The notes beneath the pieces were generated by a model. That model had not been told where the DNA came from. It saw only the letters and a program-made list of their open reading frames with translations, and did not search any database. Below, in pieces: positions 17,327-27,312 of a stretch of 64,000 bases of DNA (its first letter is position 1; each line of letters begins with the position of its first letter). The stretch is taken from NCBI GenBank assembly GCA_963726455.1, contig CAVSCK010000005.1, positions 192,001-256,000 on the forward strand. The letters run 5' to 3'. Source of the DNA: an uncultured bacterium. Its GTDB lineage: Bacteria > Zixibacteria > MSB-5A5 > CAIYYT01. The translations under genes and the position numbers were made by a program.

Positions 17327-18079
17327 TCAGAGTTTCGTGATTTCGCCGATGTTGTTGCAGATGCGGGTCGGGCGATAGGGATAGCGCTTGACCTCATCGG
17401 CTGAAGTAACGCCCGACAGAACCAGTATCGTCTCCATACCGGATTGGATGCCGGCGATGATGTCCGTCTCCATGTTGTCGCCGATCATGACGGTATTCTC
17501 GGAGTGAGCGCCGATCTGGCGCAACGCCGCGCGCATCATGTAGGGATTAGGTTTGCCGATGTAGAACGGATGGATTCCGGTGACACGTTCGATCGGCGCC
17601 GCCAGCGCGCCGCAGGACGGAAAGCCGGAGGGACCGGAGACATCGGGATTGGTAGCGATGAAACGGGCGCCGTGGCGAATCAGGTGAATGGCCTTCTCGA
17701 TCATTTCGAAATTGTAGGAGCGCGTCTCGCCGAGGACGACATAATCGGGATTCTGCTCCGTGACCATGAAACCCTCTTGATATAGAGCATGCGTCAATGC
17801 GCCTTCCCCGATGACAAAGACTTTATCGCCCGCAGCTTGAGACTTGAGGAAAGCCGCAGTCGCCAAGGCCGACGTATAGAAATGCTCGGCAGCAACATTG
17901 AGTCCTGCGAGTTTGACTCGATGCTGCAGGTCGCCGGGAGTCAGCGACGGGTAATTCGTGAGGAACAGGAACGGATTTCCTTCCCTCTCGAGCATATCAA
18001 CGAACTTCGTAGCGCCTTCGATCAGATTGTTATCCCAGATGATGACGCCATCCATATCGCATAATACTGACTTGATCAT
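17327..18079 (-). CDS. nagD: HAD-IIA hydrolase (NagD family)
   Basis: DMDGV, FLFLTN, ATNPD, GKP, MIGDNMETDI, LVLSGVT. Confidence 0.88.
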   Translation of the reverse strand: MIKSVLCDMDGVIIWDNNLIEGATKFVDMLEREGNPFLFLTNYPSLTPGDLQHRVKLAGLNVAAEHFYTSALATAAFLKSQAAGDKVFVIGEGALTHALYQEGFMVTEQNPDYVVLGETRSYNFEMIEKAIHLIRHGARFIATNPDVSGPSGFPSCGALAAPIERVTGIHPFYIGKPNPYMMRAALRQIGAHSENTVMIGDNMETDIIAGIQSGMETILVLSGVTSADEVKRYPYRPTRICNNIGEITKL

Positions 18080-18381
18080 CGCGTGATTCCTCGCAGTCAA
18101 ACGAGACTTATTCAACCAGGCATACGTCGTGGTGCAACGCGACGCGATGGTCATATTAGGGCAAAAGACCGTGAAGTCAATAAATACGTTGAACGTTCAC
18201 GGCACTTGTTCGTAAGATGAAGAAGAGCGAGAGGGCGGGCTATTACGAAGACGCTTTCGGTACGGTTTTGTCGGTACGTTAAGGAGCCCTCGCCATTAGT
18301 GACGTTGTTGCGAAGAAGACCAAGGTCCTCTTCAGTCCGAATATATTTCGAATCCCGGATCTGAAATCCGGAGACCTGCGG

Positions 18382-19959
18382 TTGTGGAATCGACACGGTC
18401 GCGTGCCGATCTATTTCTCCCTCCTGCTGATACACATTTTACTTGCAGTGGTCTTTCTACTGAATCGCGAACCGGGCACCAATGCAGCGGTAACCGGGTT
18501 TCCGCTGGACGATGCCTGGATCCATCTGGTGTATGGTCAGTCGATCGCGCATTCGGGTCTCCCCTATTACAATGCCGGCGAATTGGAAGCAGGATTTACG
18601 AGTCCCGTGTGGATCGGCGTGTTGGGAGTTGCGGAGTTTGTCGGAGGGGTGCTGCCCATTTCGGCGGTGATGCTGGTCAAAATGTTTGGCGTACTGTGCG
18701 GCTGGTTTATGAGCATCGGTATGTATGAATTGTGTCGGCGAATCATCAAGCAGCAGGCTGCGGCAATACTCGGAGGCGTGATGATAGCAGCATACCCGGC
18801 GTTTGCATTCGCGCAGTTGTCGGGGATGGAGGTCTGCCTCGCGACCGCTTTGACGTTGTGGGCAGTGGTACTGTGGTTGGATGGCAGATTCTGGCGCAGC
18901 GGAATTCTGTTGGCGCTGTCATATTTGACGCGACCGGAGACGATAATTCTGACGGCAGTCATCGCCGTTGCACAGACAGTGAGTCTATCTGGCGATGTGA
19001 TTGGAACCAGGGTGAGGAAGTTAGTGAAACTGGTGGCGCCCGTTGCCCTTGCGGGAGCATTGTGGTGCGTCTATTGCCTTATCGTGACTGGCCACCCGCT
19101 GCCGAACACATTCTATGCCAAATTCAACGCCGGAAACTTCGCAGTCTGGTTTGGAAATTTGCTCAGCAGCATTGTGATCCAGATGCCGACTATGTTTGTG
19201 TTCGCGGGAGTGCTGGCCTATGTGATCGGCCTGGTGGTTATGTGGCGTAAGAAAACGTGGAAGACACTTGTAGTGGTAGCGTATCCGTGGGTCTTCCTGG
19301 CGAGCATTGCGATGTCCAGAGAGATGCCTTCGATGTGTGGTAGCTATTTCTATTGGCTACGGTACGCATTACCGGCAATGCCGTTCATCTTGGCCATAAT
19401 GGTGACAGGAGTCAGCGCCATTTGGCAACCGGAACAGGCGGGGATTTCGATGAATTGGTGGCTGGGGCATGAACGTTGGTGGAAGATAGCTGCCGTCACG
19501 CTGGCCGTGTTGCTCTTTACGAAGTATCCGACCACGATGGCGCGTGAAAGATCGCAGTTTGCCTGGAATTGCCAGAACATCAATGAAGTGCAGGTCGAAT
19601 TCGGGAAATGGGTCAAGCGAACAGTGCCGAGGGAGGCAGCGGTGTTGGTTAATGACGCGGGAGCAATTCGGTATTTCGGCGAACACAAGACGATCGATTT
19701 AGGAGGACTGAACAATCAGCAGTTGCTGTTCGATCTTAGCTTGTGGAGAGATGTCTCTCAAAAACCGGAGTCGCTGGTGGAATATATGCGCAGACAAAAG
19801 GCCGATTATTTCGTTGCGATCCCGAGCTGGTTCCCGGTACTGTTAAACGACCAGGGATTTGGCCAGAGGTTTGTGCCGGTCAAGGAACTGGGGAGCAGCC
19901 GTTATACGATTACATCATTTCCTCAAAGTCAAATGATCGCATTCGGGCTGCACGGTTAA
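18382..19959 (+). CDS. Multi-pass GT-C-type membrane glycosyltransferase-like protein
   Basis: DDAWIH...GFTSPVW, SGME, TRPE, PLPNTFYAK, DAGAIRYF...IDLGGLN; many TM segments. Confidence 0.75.
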   Translation: MWNRHGRVPIYFSLLLIHILLAVVFLLNREPGTNAAVTGFPLDDAWIHLVYGQSIAHSGLPYYNAGELEAGFTSPVWIGVLGVAEFVGGVLPISAVMLVKMFGVLCGWFMSIGMYELCRRIIKQQAAAILGGVMIAAYPAFAFAQLSGMEVCLATALTLWAVVLWLDGRFWRSGILLALSYLTRPETIILTAVIAVAQTVSLSGDVIGTRVRKLVKLVAPVALAGALWCVYCLIVTGHPLPNTFYAKFNAGNFAVWFGNLLSSIVIQMPTMFVFAGVLAYVIGLVVMWRKKTWKTLVVVAYPWVFLASIAMSREMPSMCGSYFYWLRYALPAMPFILAIMVTGVSAIWQPEQAGISMNWWLGHERWWKIAAVTLAVLLFTKYPTTMARERSQFAWNCQNINEVQVEFGKWVKRTVPREAAVLVNDAGAIRYFGEHKTIDLGGLNNQQLLFDLSLWRDVSQKPESLVEYMRRQKADYFVAIPSWFPVLLNDQGFGQRFVPVKELGSSRYTITSFPQSQMIAFGLHG

Positions 19960-20649
19960 CAGTCCGTCCCCCCTTGCCGAATGAATTTACCAAATTAGCC
20001 GGCATTTTCTGAACCATCGCATTTTCAGGTCGACAGTTGCATTAGAAAGTGACTGATAACATGACTGCGAATGGATTAATGATGGAGCATGACCTGCTAT
20101 ATCGAAAGGCCTTCCGAGAATATCTGAACGATGATCTCGAGGCGGCAAGAAGTACCGCGACGCAGGCATTTCAAAAGGCGCTGGATTCACGACGATCGTG
20201 CGGTAAGTCCATGCCGACGCGGCGGTTCTGCTGTCGTGCGGGGATACTGCTGCAGGCGATAGAATGGCGATCACTATTGGCACAAGATAGGTGACACCAT
20301 ACGGAACGGGTCGGCAGGACCGCTCCCCCTTTCGGACTGCCGACCTGGTTCTGAGTTGCGAGGAGCGTATCGGACGGGTTACGGGCCGGAGCGGGACTGA
20401 CAAAACATGATGGGGTGCGCAGAATAAGGCGGGGAACTAACTACCAGCCGTCCTGGTTGGGGACAATTTCCACGAATAGTGGCAAATCTCAAACGCATAC
20501 TGTCTGGATTTCGTTTTGCTTTCATCGTCAGATGAGGAAGGCGGCAGCCGGCTGATTCTTTCGCTGAAGCATGCGTATGACCGGCAAGTCGATTCCGTTT
20601 ACTTCGGAGATTAACGCTGAGGAAAAAGTGAAAGGCGAGGAGACAAGAT

Positions 20650-21558
20650 ATGCCTAAGATCACGACACATTTGTGGTATGACAAAGAAGCCAAGGAAGCC
20701 GCCGAGTTCTACACATCAGTATTCAAAGACTCGAAGATCAAGAGCTCAACAACGCTGCATAACTCACACTCCGGCACGATAGACATTGTAAGCATCGAAG
20801 TGATGGGACAGGATTTCACTCTTCTGAGCGCCGGTCCGTTATTCAAATTCAATCCGTCCATATCATTTCTGGTCGCCTGTGAGACGAAGGACGAGGTGGA
20901 TACGCTGTGGAAGAAGCTTTCCCCGGGCGGTTCGCCACTCATGGAGCTTGGCGAGTATCCCTTCAGCGCCCGCTACGGATGGTTGCGGGACAAGTACGGC
21001 CTATCCTGGCAGTTGATTTTCATCGGCAACCTCAACATCAAGCAGCGCATCACACCGACGCTGATGTTTGTCGGCAATCAGTGCGGCAAAGTCGAAGAAG
21101 CGATCAACTTTTACGCGTCAGTGTTCCACAATTCGAAACTCGGCGACATCCTCCGCTATGGAGAGGGGCAGGGTCCCGACAAGCCAGGTACAGTCGCGCA
21201 CGCCGCATTTACGCTGGAAGGACAAGAGTTTGCGGCGATGGACAGCGCCCTTGAGCACAACTTTGCCTTCAACGAAGCCATCTCTTTAATGGTGCACTGT
21301 AAGACGCAGGAAGAAATCGATTACTACTGGGGAAAACTCTCGGCAGTTCCAAAGGCGGAACAGTGTGGCTGGCTCAAAGACAAATACGGCGTCTCCTGGC
21401 AGATCGTGCCTACCGTTATGAACGAGATGTTCAAGGAAAAAGACGGCAGGAAATTGGCGCGAGTGATGGAGGCGTTTCTCAAAATGAAGAAATTTGACAT
21501 CGCGGCCTTGGAGGACGCCTTCGAAGGTCGTGAAATGAAACGGCCAATACATCAGTAA
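20650..21558 (+). CDS. Two-domain VOC/PhnB-family protein (3-demethylubiquinone-9 3-methyltransferase-like)
   Basis: KITTHLWY..AKEAAEFY, YGWLRDKYGLSWQ, CGWLKDKYGVSWQIVP. Confidence 0.9.
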   Translation: MPKITTHLWYDKEAKEAAEFYTSVFKDSKIKSSTTLHNSHSGTIDIVSIEVMGQDFTLLSAGPLFKFNPSISFLVACETKDEVDTLWKKLSPGGSPLMELGEYPFSARYGWLRDKYGLSWQLIFIGNLNIKQRITPTLMFVGNQCGKVEEAINFYASVFHNSKLGDILRYGEGQGPDKPGTVAHAAFTLEGQEFAAMDSALEHNFAFNEAISLMVHCKTQEEIDYYWGKLSAVPKAEQCGWLKDKYGVSWQIVPTVMNEMFKEKDGRKLARVMEAFLKMKKFDIAALEDAFEGREMKRPIHQ

Positions 21559-21573
21559 CACACGGAGGAGAAA

Positions 21574-22044
21574 ATGACGAGACTAAACATCTACCTCAAT
21601 TTCGCGGGAAACACGGAAGAAGCGTTCAACTTCTACAAATCAGTTTTCGGCGGAAATTTCTCGCAGGTGGTTCGATTCAAAGACATGCCCATGCCGGGCA
21701 CGAACTTTCCCAAAGAGAGTGAAGACAAGATTATGTACATGGACCTGCCGATCAACAAGGACACGATTCTGATGGGTACCGATGCCTTGGAATCCCATGG
21801 GCATAAGATGACGCAGGGGAACAATGTTCACATATCGATACATCCCGACAGTAAAGAAGAAGCCGACAGAATATTCAGTGCGCTGTCCAAGAGCGGTGCT
21901 GTGGAGATGCCGATAGCCGATCAAGCCTGGGGTACCTACTGGGGTAACTTCACGGATAAGTTCGGCGTGCATTGGATGGTGAACTATGCCAAAGCAACCA
22001 ATGAGGTGAAGTCGGCGGAACGGCAGACGTCCAAAGTGCGATAA
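21574..22044 (+). CDS. VOC/PhnB family protein
   Basis: YLNFAGNTEEAFNFYKSVFGG, WGTYWGNFTDKFGVHWMVN. Confidence 0.9.
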   Translation: MTRLNIYLNFAGNTEEAFNFYKSVFGGNFSQVVRFKDMPMPGTNFPKESEDKIMYMDLPINKDTILMGTDALESHGHKMTQGNNVHISIHPDSKEEADRIFSALSKSGAVEMPIADQAWGTYWGNFTDKFGVHWMVNYAKATNEVKSAERQTSKVR

Positions 22045-22062
22045 GTTACGAGTTTGGGCGCA

Positions 22063-22292
22063 GTAGGTCAGGGAGCCCGACATCGAGTTCGTGATGTCTG
22101 ATTGCCGTACATAACTGCGTTCCGGCAAAGAAGCTATCGATCCTGTCTCGAAGGGCTCTTGACAATTCGGGCTTTCGCCTCACGAAGTCAAGTCGTCAGG
22201 AGCCCTATTTCGCAGGTCACTCTTATTACCGCAAATTTCGAAGTTGGCTTTGGAAGCAACTACCCAAAATTCCGCCGGGCTCGCTGACCTAC
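22063..22292. repeat. REP/MITE-like element between convergent genes
   Basis: 17-bp terminal inverted repeat with 1 mismatch, GTAGGTCAG(G/C)GAGCCCG; partial internal copy near 22195. Confidence 0.45.
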
Positions 22293-22357
22293 GACAATAC
22301 ATTAGTGATTGGTCGCGGACGCAGGAAGTCCTAATGTCTGCCACAACTTTGTATGAT

Positions 22358-23029
22358 CTATTCGAGTTGCGTGAGGCCTTCGCGGATGGCGTACTTGGTG
22401 AGTTCGGCGATCGTGTGCAAATCGAGTTTATCCATGATCTGTTTGCGGTGGGTCTCGATAGTCTTGACGCTGATATTAAGAGCCGCCGCGATCTCCTTGG
22501 TGTTTTTGCCCTCGGCGAGCAGTTGGAGCACTTCCCGTTCGCGTGAACTGAGTTGAGTGTAGACTGTAGTTTCAGCGCCTTTGGCGAGTTGAATATAATC
22601 CTCGACAACGATATTGGTGATTTTGCGGCTGAGATAGACCTGGTTGCCGGTCACGGCGACGATGGCGTCCATCAATTCCTCGACGGCAGAATCTTTTAGC
22701 AGATAGCCGCGCGCGCCGGCCTTAAGCGCCTCGATAACGAAACGGCGGTCGGCGTGCATCGACAGCACGATGATTCGAATCGGTGTTTCCTGTGCGAGAA
22801 TCTGGCGCGTGGCCTCGATGCCATTGAGTTTGGGCATAGTGACATCCATCAAGATAACATCGGGTTTAAGTTGCTGAGCCAATTGAACGGCTGAAGCGCC
22901 GTCCTCTGCTTCGCCCACAATTTCGATTCCGGGTTGTTTGCTCAAGAGCGAGTGCAAACCGTGACGGAAAAGGCCGTGATCATCGGCTAGCAGCAGGCGA
23001 GTGACAGCACTACCGGGACGCGAATTCAC
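22358..23029 (-). CDS. NarL/LuxR-family response regulator
   Basis: LLADDH, PDVILMDV, GYLLKD, LSSREREVLQLLAEG...KTIETHR. Confidence 0.95.
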   Translation of the reverse strand: MNSRPGSAVTRLLLADDHGLFRHGLHSLLSKQPGIEIVGEAEDGASAVQLAQQLKPDVILMDVTMPKLNGIEATRQILAQETPIRIIVLSMHADRRFVIEALKAGARGYLLKDSAVEELMDAIVAVTGNQVYLSRKITNIVVEDYIQLAKGAETTVYTQLSSREREVLQLLAEGKNTKEIAAALNISVKTIETHRKQIMDKLDLHTIAELTKYAIREGLTQLE

Positions 23030-24210
23030 ACCGGCACTCCAATCGTTACGGTCGTGCCCCGGCCTTTGCGCGATTCGATCTGGAATTTGCCATCGAGGAA
23101 ACGCATGCGTTCTTTGACACTGAACAATCCAAATGCCTTGCTGTCGTGAGCTCCGGTATCAAGATGCCGGGTGTCAAAGCCGATGCCGTTGTCGGCTACG
23201 GATACGGAGAAGTGTCCATCATTGCCCGACAAGCTGATTGTGACTTGATCGGCGCAGGCATGTTTGGCGACGTTGGTAAGCAGCTCGTGAATGCATTTGA
23301 ACAGGACGACCTGTACTTCCTCTGCCAACACGGTGCCGTTTGTATGAGATGCCACTTGGGCGGAAAAACCGTGCTTTTGTTCAAACTGCTCTGCCAGCCA
23401 CTCGATGGCGGCTTCCAGGCCGAGTTCGTAAAGAATCGGCGGGCTGATCTCGAAGGTCAGGTTGCGCGTGTACTGAATTGTTTTGTCCAGCAATGAAAGG
23501 ATTTCCTGAATGTTTTGTTCGTAGTCGGAGAATGCCTTGTCGGTTCGGAACTCGCTTACGCGCATACGGATGAAAGCCAGCGACTGGCCGATATGATCAT
23601 GCAGGTCGGCGGCGATAGCCCGGCGTTCGCGCTCCTCTGCCAACGACAGTTCGGAATTGAGTTGACGCAGTTGTTCCTGATAGGCGGTGATCTGACGCTG
23701 GGCGCGTTCCTGTTCGCGCAGTTGTTCCTGCAGGGCTTTGTTAGTGGCGCGCAAGTCGACGGTGCGGTCGCGCACCTGGCGCTCAAGTTCATCGTGCGCG
23801 TTGCGGAGGGCTTCATCAGCGAGCCGGTGCTGGAAGTACGAGCGCAACATCTCGGCAATTGATTCGATGAGTTCGCGTTCTTCGGCCAGAAATGGACCGT
23901 CGACTTCGGCAGGCCGGGCTTCCAGATAGCGGACCTCGATCATTCCCGTTTCGCCGGTCGGAATGGCAAATTCAGCCGTTTGAACCCAGGGTGAGTAGGC
24001 GTAATTGTTGGTCGCGCAATCAACGTGCAGGAAGCGAATGCGGACGGCGGTGATTTCCGGAAATTGCCAGGCGCTGCGCAGCGACGCAACCAGCTCGTTG
24101 ATGACCGTGGTTGCCGAGCGATGGTTGTCCTGCAGGAGGCGCGCGGTGCGATGCAGAGCGGTCAATTCCTTGACGCGTTCGCCGAGTTTGTGCAAAAGGT
24201 CGTCTCTCAC
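23026..24210 (-). CDS. Soluble HisKA_3 sensor histidine kinase
   Basis: EERERRAIAADLHDHIGQSL, ELLTNVAKHA, DNGIGF, FGLFSVKER; overlaps the regulator start. Confidence 0.92.
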   Translation of the reverse strand: MRDDLLHKLGERVKELTALHRTARLLQDNHRSATTVINELVASLRSAWQFPEITAVRIRFLHVDCATNNYAYSPWVQTAEFAIPTGETGMIEVRYLEARPAEVDGPFLAEERELIESIAEMLRSYFQHRLADEALRNAHDELERQVRDRTVDLRATNKALQEQLREQERAQRQITAYQEQLRQLNSELSLAEERERRAIAADLHDHIGQSLAFIRMRVSEFRTDKAFSDYEQNIQEILSLLDKTIQYTRNLTFEISPPILYELGLEAAIEWLAEQFEQKHGFSAQVASHTNGTVLAEEVQVVLFKCIHELLTNVAKHACADQVTISLSGNDGHFSVSVADNGIGFDTRHLDTGAHDSKAFGLFSVKERMRFLDGKFQIESRKGRGTTVTIGVPV

Positions 24211-24599
24211 ATACCCAGTATAGCAAACGGCGCGGTCACGGGCAACCAGTCAGATAAGGGATTGCGAAGTCCAAAATCAGGATTTCCCTGATTGCCCTGA
24301 GACGTTTTCCGATGGAAATTTGGGCAGTTTTTGGATCAGTGGTTGGTCCCGATCCAAAGATGGCGACTGGCAACCTGTGCCGGGAGGGTGAATGTGTAAA
24401 GAGTTAACTCGCATCAGAAACTTACACTTCATCCGTACCCTCTCCGGCACGCGGTTGTCGGTTTTTTTCAACTAGTTGCCGAGCTCTGTCGAAACCCCCG
24501 CGAATGTACTGCAACAAATAGGTTATTCAACCGCAAGGGGGTTTTGACTTTCCACCATACCAACAGGATAGAGAAAACGCCAGCGGGGGGCGCAGCGGG

Positions 24600-25457
24600 C
24601 TAGCGGTCGGGCAAGGTACCGTTGTCGGCGACGGCGAGTGGGTATGACCCGAGAATCTTCAGGTAGCTGGTTATCTCCTGCAAGTGATTGATGGCGTTGC
24701 GGGCGGCTTCATCGTCGACATGGCCGACGAAATCGAGATAGAAATAGTATTCCCAAACGCGTTTGCGCAACGGGCGCGATTCGATTTTTGTGAGGTCAAG
24801 ATCGCGCAGGGCAAATACTGAGAGGGCTTTGAAGAGCGCGCCGGGGACGTTCTTGAGTGAAAAGACAATCGAAGTCTTGCACGGGCGCGTTGGCGTAGCG
24901 GCTTGTTTCGAGAGAACCAGAAAACGGGTGAAGTTGTCCGGTTCGTCCTGAATGCCTTCGGCGATCAGATTCAGTCCGTAGTACTCGGCGGCAAATTTTC
25001 CGGCGATCGCAGCGGCGTTGGTAAGTACGCCTTCCTTGAGCATTTTGGCAGCCCCGGCAGTATCATAAGCAGCGACGGCTTTGTACTGTGGGTGTATGTC
25101 AAAGAAATGTTCGCATTGTTCGAGCGCCACCGGATGCGAATGGATGTTCTGCACGTCCGACAGCGCAACTCCGACAGGCGCCATGATGTAATGAACGATG
25201 CGCTGGCTCCTCTCCCCTATTACCAGCAGATCGTGCCTGAGCAGCAGATCGTAGTTTCGATGAATGCTCCCGACCAGCGAGTTTTCGATTGGCACTAATC
25301 CAAAGTCGGCCTTGCCCGCCTCGACCGACTCGAAGACATCCTCAAAGGCATGATACGGCAGCGGCTCGATATTGCCTTCGAAAAACGCCAGCGCCGCCTC
25401 ATGGGAGTAGGAACCGCATTCACCTTGAAACGATACTTTAGGCATAGTCTTAGTCAT
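24600..25457 (-). CDS. pheA: Prephenate dehydratase (PDT-ACT)
   Basis: VPIENS, SHPVALEQC, NFTRF, LTKIESRP. Confidence 0.95.
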   Translation of the reverse strand: MTKTMPKVSFQGECGSYSHEAALAFFEGNIEPLPYHAFEDVFESVEAGKADFGLVPIENSLVGSIHRNYDLLLRHDLLVIGERSQRIVHYIMAPVGVALSDVQNIHSHPVALEQCEHFFDIHPQYKAVAAYDTAGAAKMLKEGVLTNAAAIAGKFAAEYYGLNLIAEGIQDEPDNFTRFLVLSKQAATPTRPCKTSIVFSLKNVPGALFKALSVFALRDLDLTKIESRPLRKRVWEYYFYLDFVGHVDDEAARNAINHLQEITSYLKILGSYPLAVADNGTLPDR

Positions 25458-25547
25458 TCTTTCGGCAAGGATACGGGGTTAGGTTAGTTAAAAACAGTCG
25501 CAATCTCGGCAGCAAGCAGATCGCGCAAGACGCTGTTTGTGTTTCGG

Positions 25548-27299
25548 TCACCACCTTTGAAGACTCCGTGTGACGGTATAGGTACCGGCTTTAAAATGAT
25601 AGCTGCATGGACCGGGGCACCAATTGGTGGCGTCGAACTTGATCTCTTTGAAACCAACATCCCGACCAGAGAGGGATTGGGCCGCTCCCCTAACACCGAA
25701 AACTTCAATGCTCCACTCGGTCAATCGGGGCAGGTAGAATGCGATCTTGGCGTCTTTGCGACCCGGCCAGGTGAGCCAGTCGTTGGACGAAGTACTTATA
25801 AAGGGCGGAGGAATCGAGTCGGGGTACGTGTACAGGAGACTGCCATTGTTGTCGGACAGCTGTACTGCAACGAGTTTGGCGTTACCACCGATTGTGAGCA
25901 ATTTGTTATGGCCGGCAGGCAGGTAAATGTTACGGCACTCCGCTAGGCGCCCGGAGTCAGGCCCATCGGCATCGCAAACGCCAAGAACGCGCAGTTCTCT
26001 TGCGGTGGTGTCATAGAAGCTGGTAATGGGAAGGGCAGACTGTGATATCGCGGTGCAAACACTGTCGCAGTTGAACACGGCAATTACGCCTGCGACATTA
26101 GATCGGGACTCCACTGACAGATCGCCGTTAGCGAATGATATGAAAGCAGAATCGGAGGTGAACTCTGGCTTTCTGCCCCAAACTTCGTCCCCCACGATGA
26201 TCCTTCGCAAGAAGACGAGATCGGCAATGGTCATCGGCCTTCCATCACGGTTGACATCAGAACATTCCCAAGCCACCTCTGTCATGGCGTCGTGCTGAGG
26301 TTTGTGGTCCGAAATCCCCAAACTCCAATCTTGCATGGAATTGAGCTGAAAAGTGTCGCTCCAAATCGAGGACTCCGCTCCGCGCCGGAGAAGATCCGCC
26401 AGAAGTTTGGCATCCCCAATTTCGTTGTCGGTGCCGTTGAGATTGAGGTCCAGGAGACCGCGAATATCGACGTCGAGTCCGATTACGTCGACTCCGCCAT
26501 TCTCGAAGTCGACGAGATGCGCGACTTGCTGGCCCGCCCGGAGACTGTCACAGTCGCCGCAAATGCCGCCGAAATGAGGCCAGAACTGACAATCCGCTCC
26601 CGTAATTTCATCAAGCCTGAGTGAGTCTCTTCCATCTTGCCAACCCGGCATGTCGATCACGCGGCGCGACACGAACAGGCTGTCTCGTCGGGAGGAAATG
26701 AAAGCATTGTCGGTGCATTCCGTCCAGCAGAAACGAACGGGCGAATACGTTCCCTCGTATGTCCGGTCAGCAGTAACATACATCTTCAGTCGAACAAGCT
26801 CGCCCCCGTCAGGAACGCTCGTAGCTTTTCGACGTGAGTTCGTGGAAGAATCGACGGCGGCCTTGACTTGCAAGATTGTCAAAGGACAATCACCCGGGCT
26901 TGTGGCTGTTTGCACAATTTTATAGGTGAAATACTTCCAGTCACAGCCGGACTTATCGAGAGCTGAGCCTAACTCGGCGGATACGTCCTTGAATACGGTA
27001 GGATCGTAACCGATGTCGAAACCAAACCCGCTGAAATTTTGAGTGCCGCTGGACTTGATGATGGATATGCCCGGATCGTGGCACTGGATTGACCTTACCG
27101 GCCGGGTAATTTTGATGACGAGGTGAGGCGGCTGTATACTGTCGCCCGTGCCGAGAAATGCTGCCTGCAAGGCATCAGAAGTAAGAAGAAACAGGATCAG
27201 ACCCAAAACAATCGTAGCACCGAAGATGCTGCTGCAATCCCTGCCTATGTCTGAAAATCGTGATGTTGTGCTCGCGGCCTGGTTTTGCTTTAGGTTCAT
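25548..27299 (-). CDS. Secreted cohesin-like + dockerin-like + C-terminal sorting/Ig-like domain protein
   Basis: Signal; FSGFGFDIGYDP...CDWKYFTY beta-sandwich; DLNLNGTDNEIGD / SDVNRDGRPMTIADLVFL; paralog of 27313..28899. Confidence 0.65.
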   Translation of the reverse strand: MNLKQNQAASTTSRFSDIGRDCSSIFGATIVLGLILFLLTSDALQAAFLGTGDSIQPPHLVIKITRPVRSIQCHDPGISIIKSSGTQNFSGFGFDIGYDPTVFKDVSAELGSALDKSGCDWKYFTYKIVQTATSPGDCPLTILQVKAAVDSSTNSRRKATSVPDGGELVRLKMYVTADRTYEGTYSPVRFCWTECTDNAFISSRRDSLFVSRRVIDMPGWQDGRDSLRLDEITGADCQFWPHFGGICGDCDSLRAGQQVAHLVDFENGGVDVIGLDVDIRGLLDLNLNGTDNEIGDAKLLADLLRRGAESSIWSDTFQLNSMQDWSLGISDHKPQHDAMTEVAWECSDVNRDGRPMTIADLVFLRRIIVGDEVWGRKPEFTSDSAFISFANGDLSVESRSNVAGVIAVFNCDSVCTAISQSALPITSFYDTTARELRVLGVCDADGPDSGRLAECRNIYLPAGHNKLLTIGGNAKLVAVQLSDNNGSLLYTYPDSIPPPFISTSSNDWLTWPGRKDAKIAFYLPRLTEWSIEVFGVRGAAQSLSGRDVGFKEIKFDATNWCPGPCSYHFKAGTYTVTRSLQRW

Positions 27300-27312
27300 C
27301 GAAGTTCCCAGA

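Noticed and set aside
20049-20400. Possible gene fragment MMEHDLLYRKAFREYL...
   Set aside because: Short, no recognisable family, frame deteriorates; cannot support a call.
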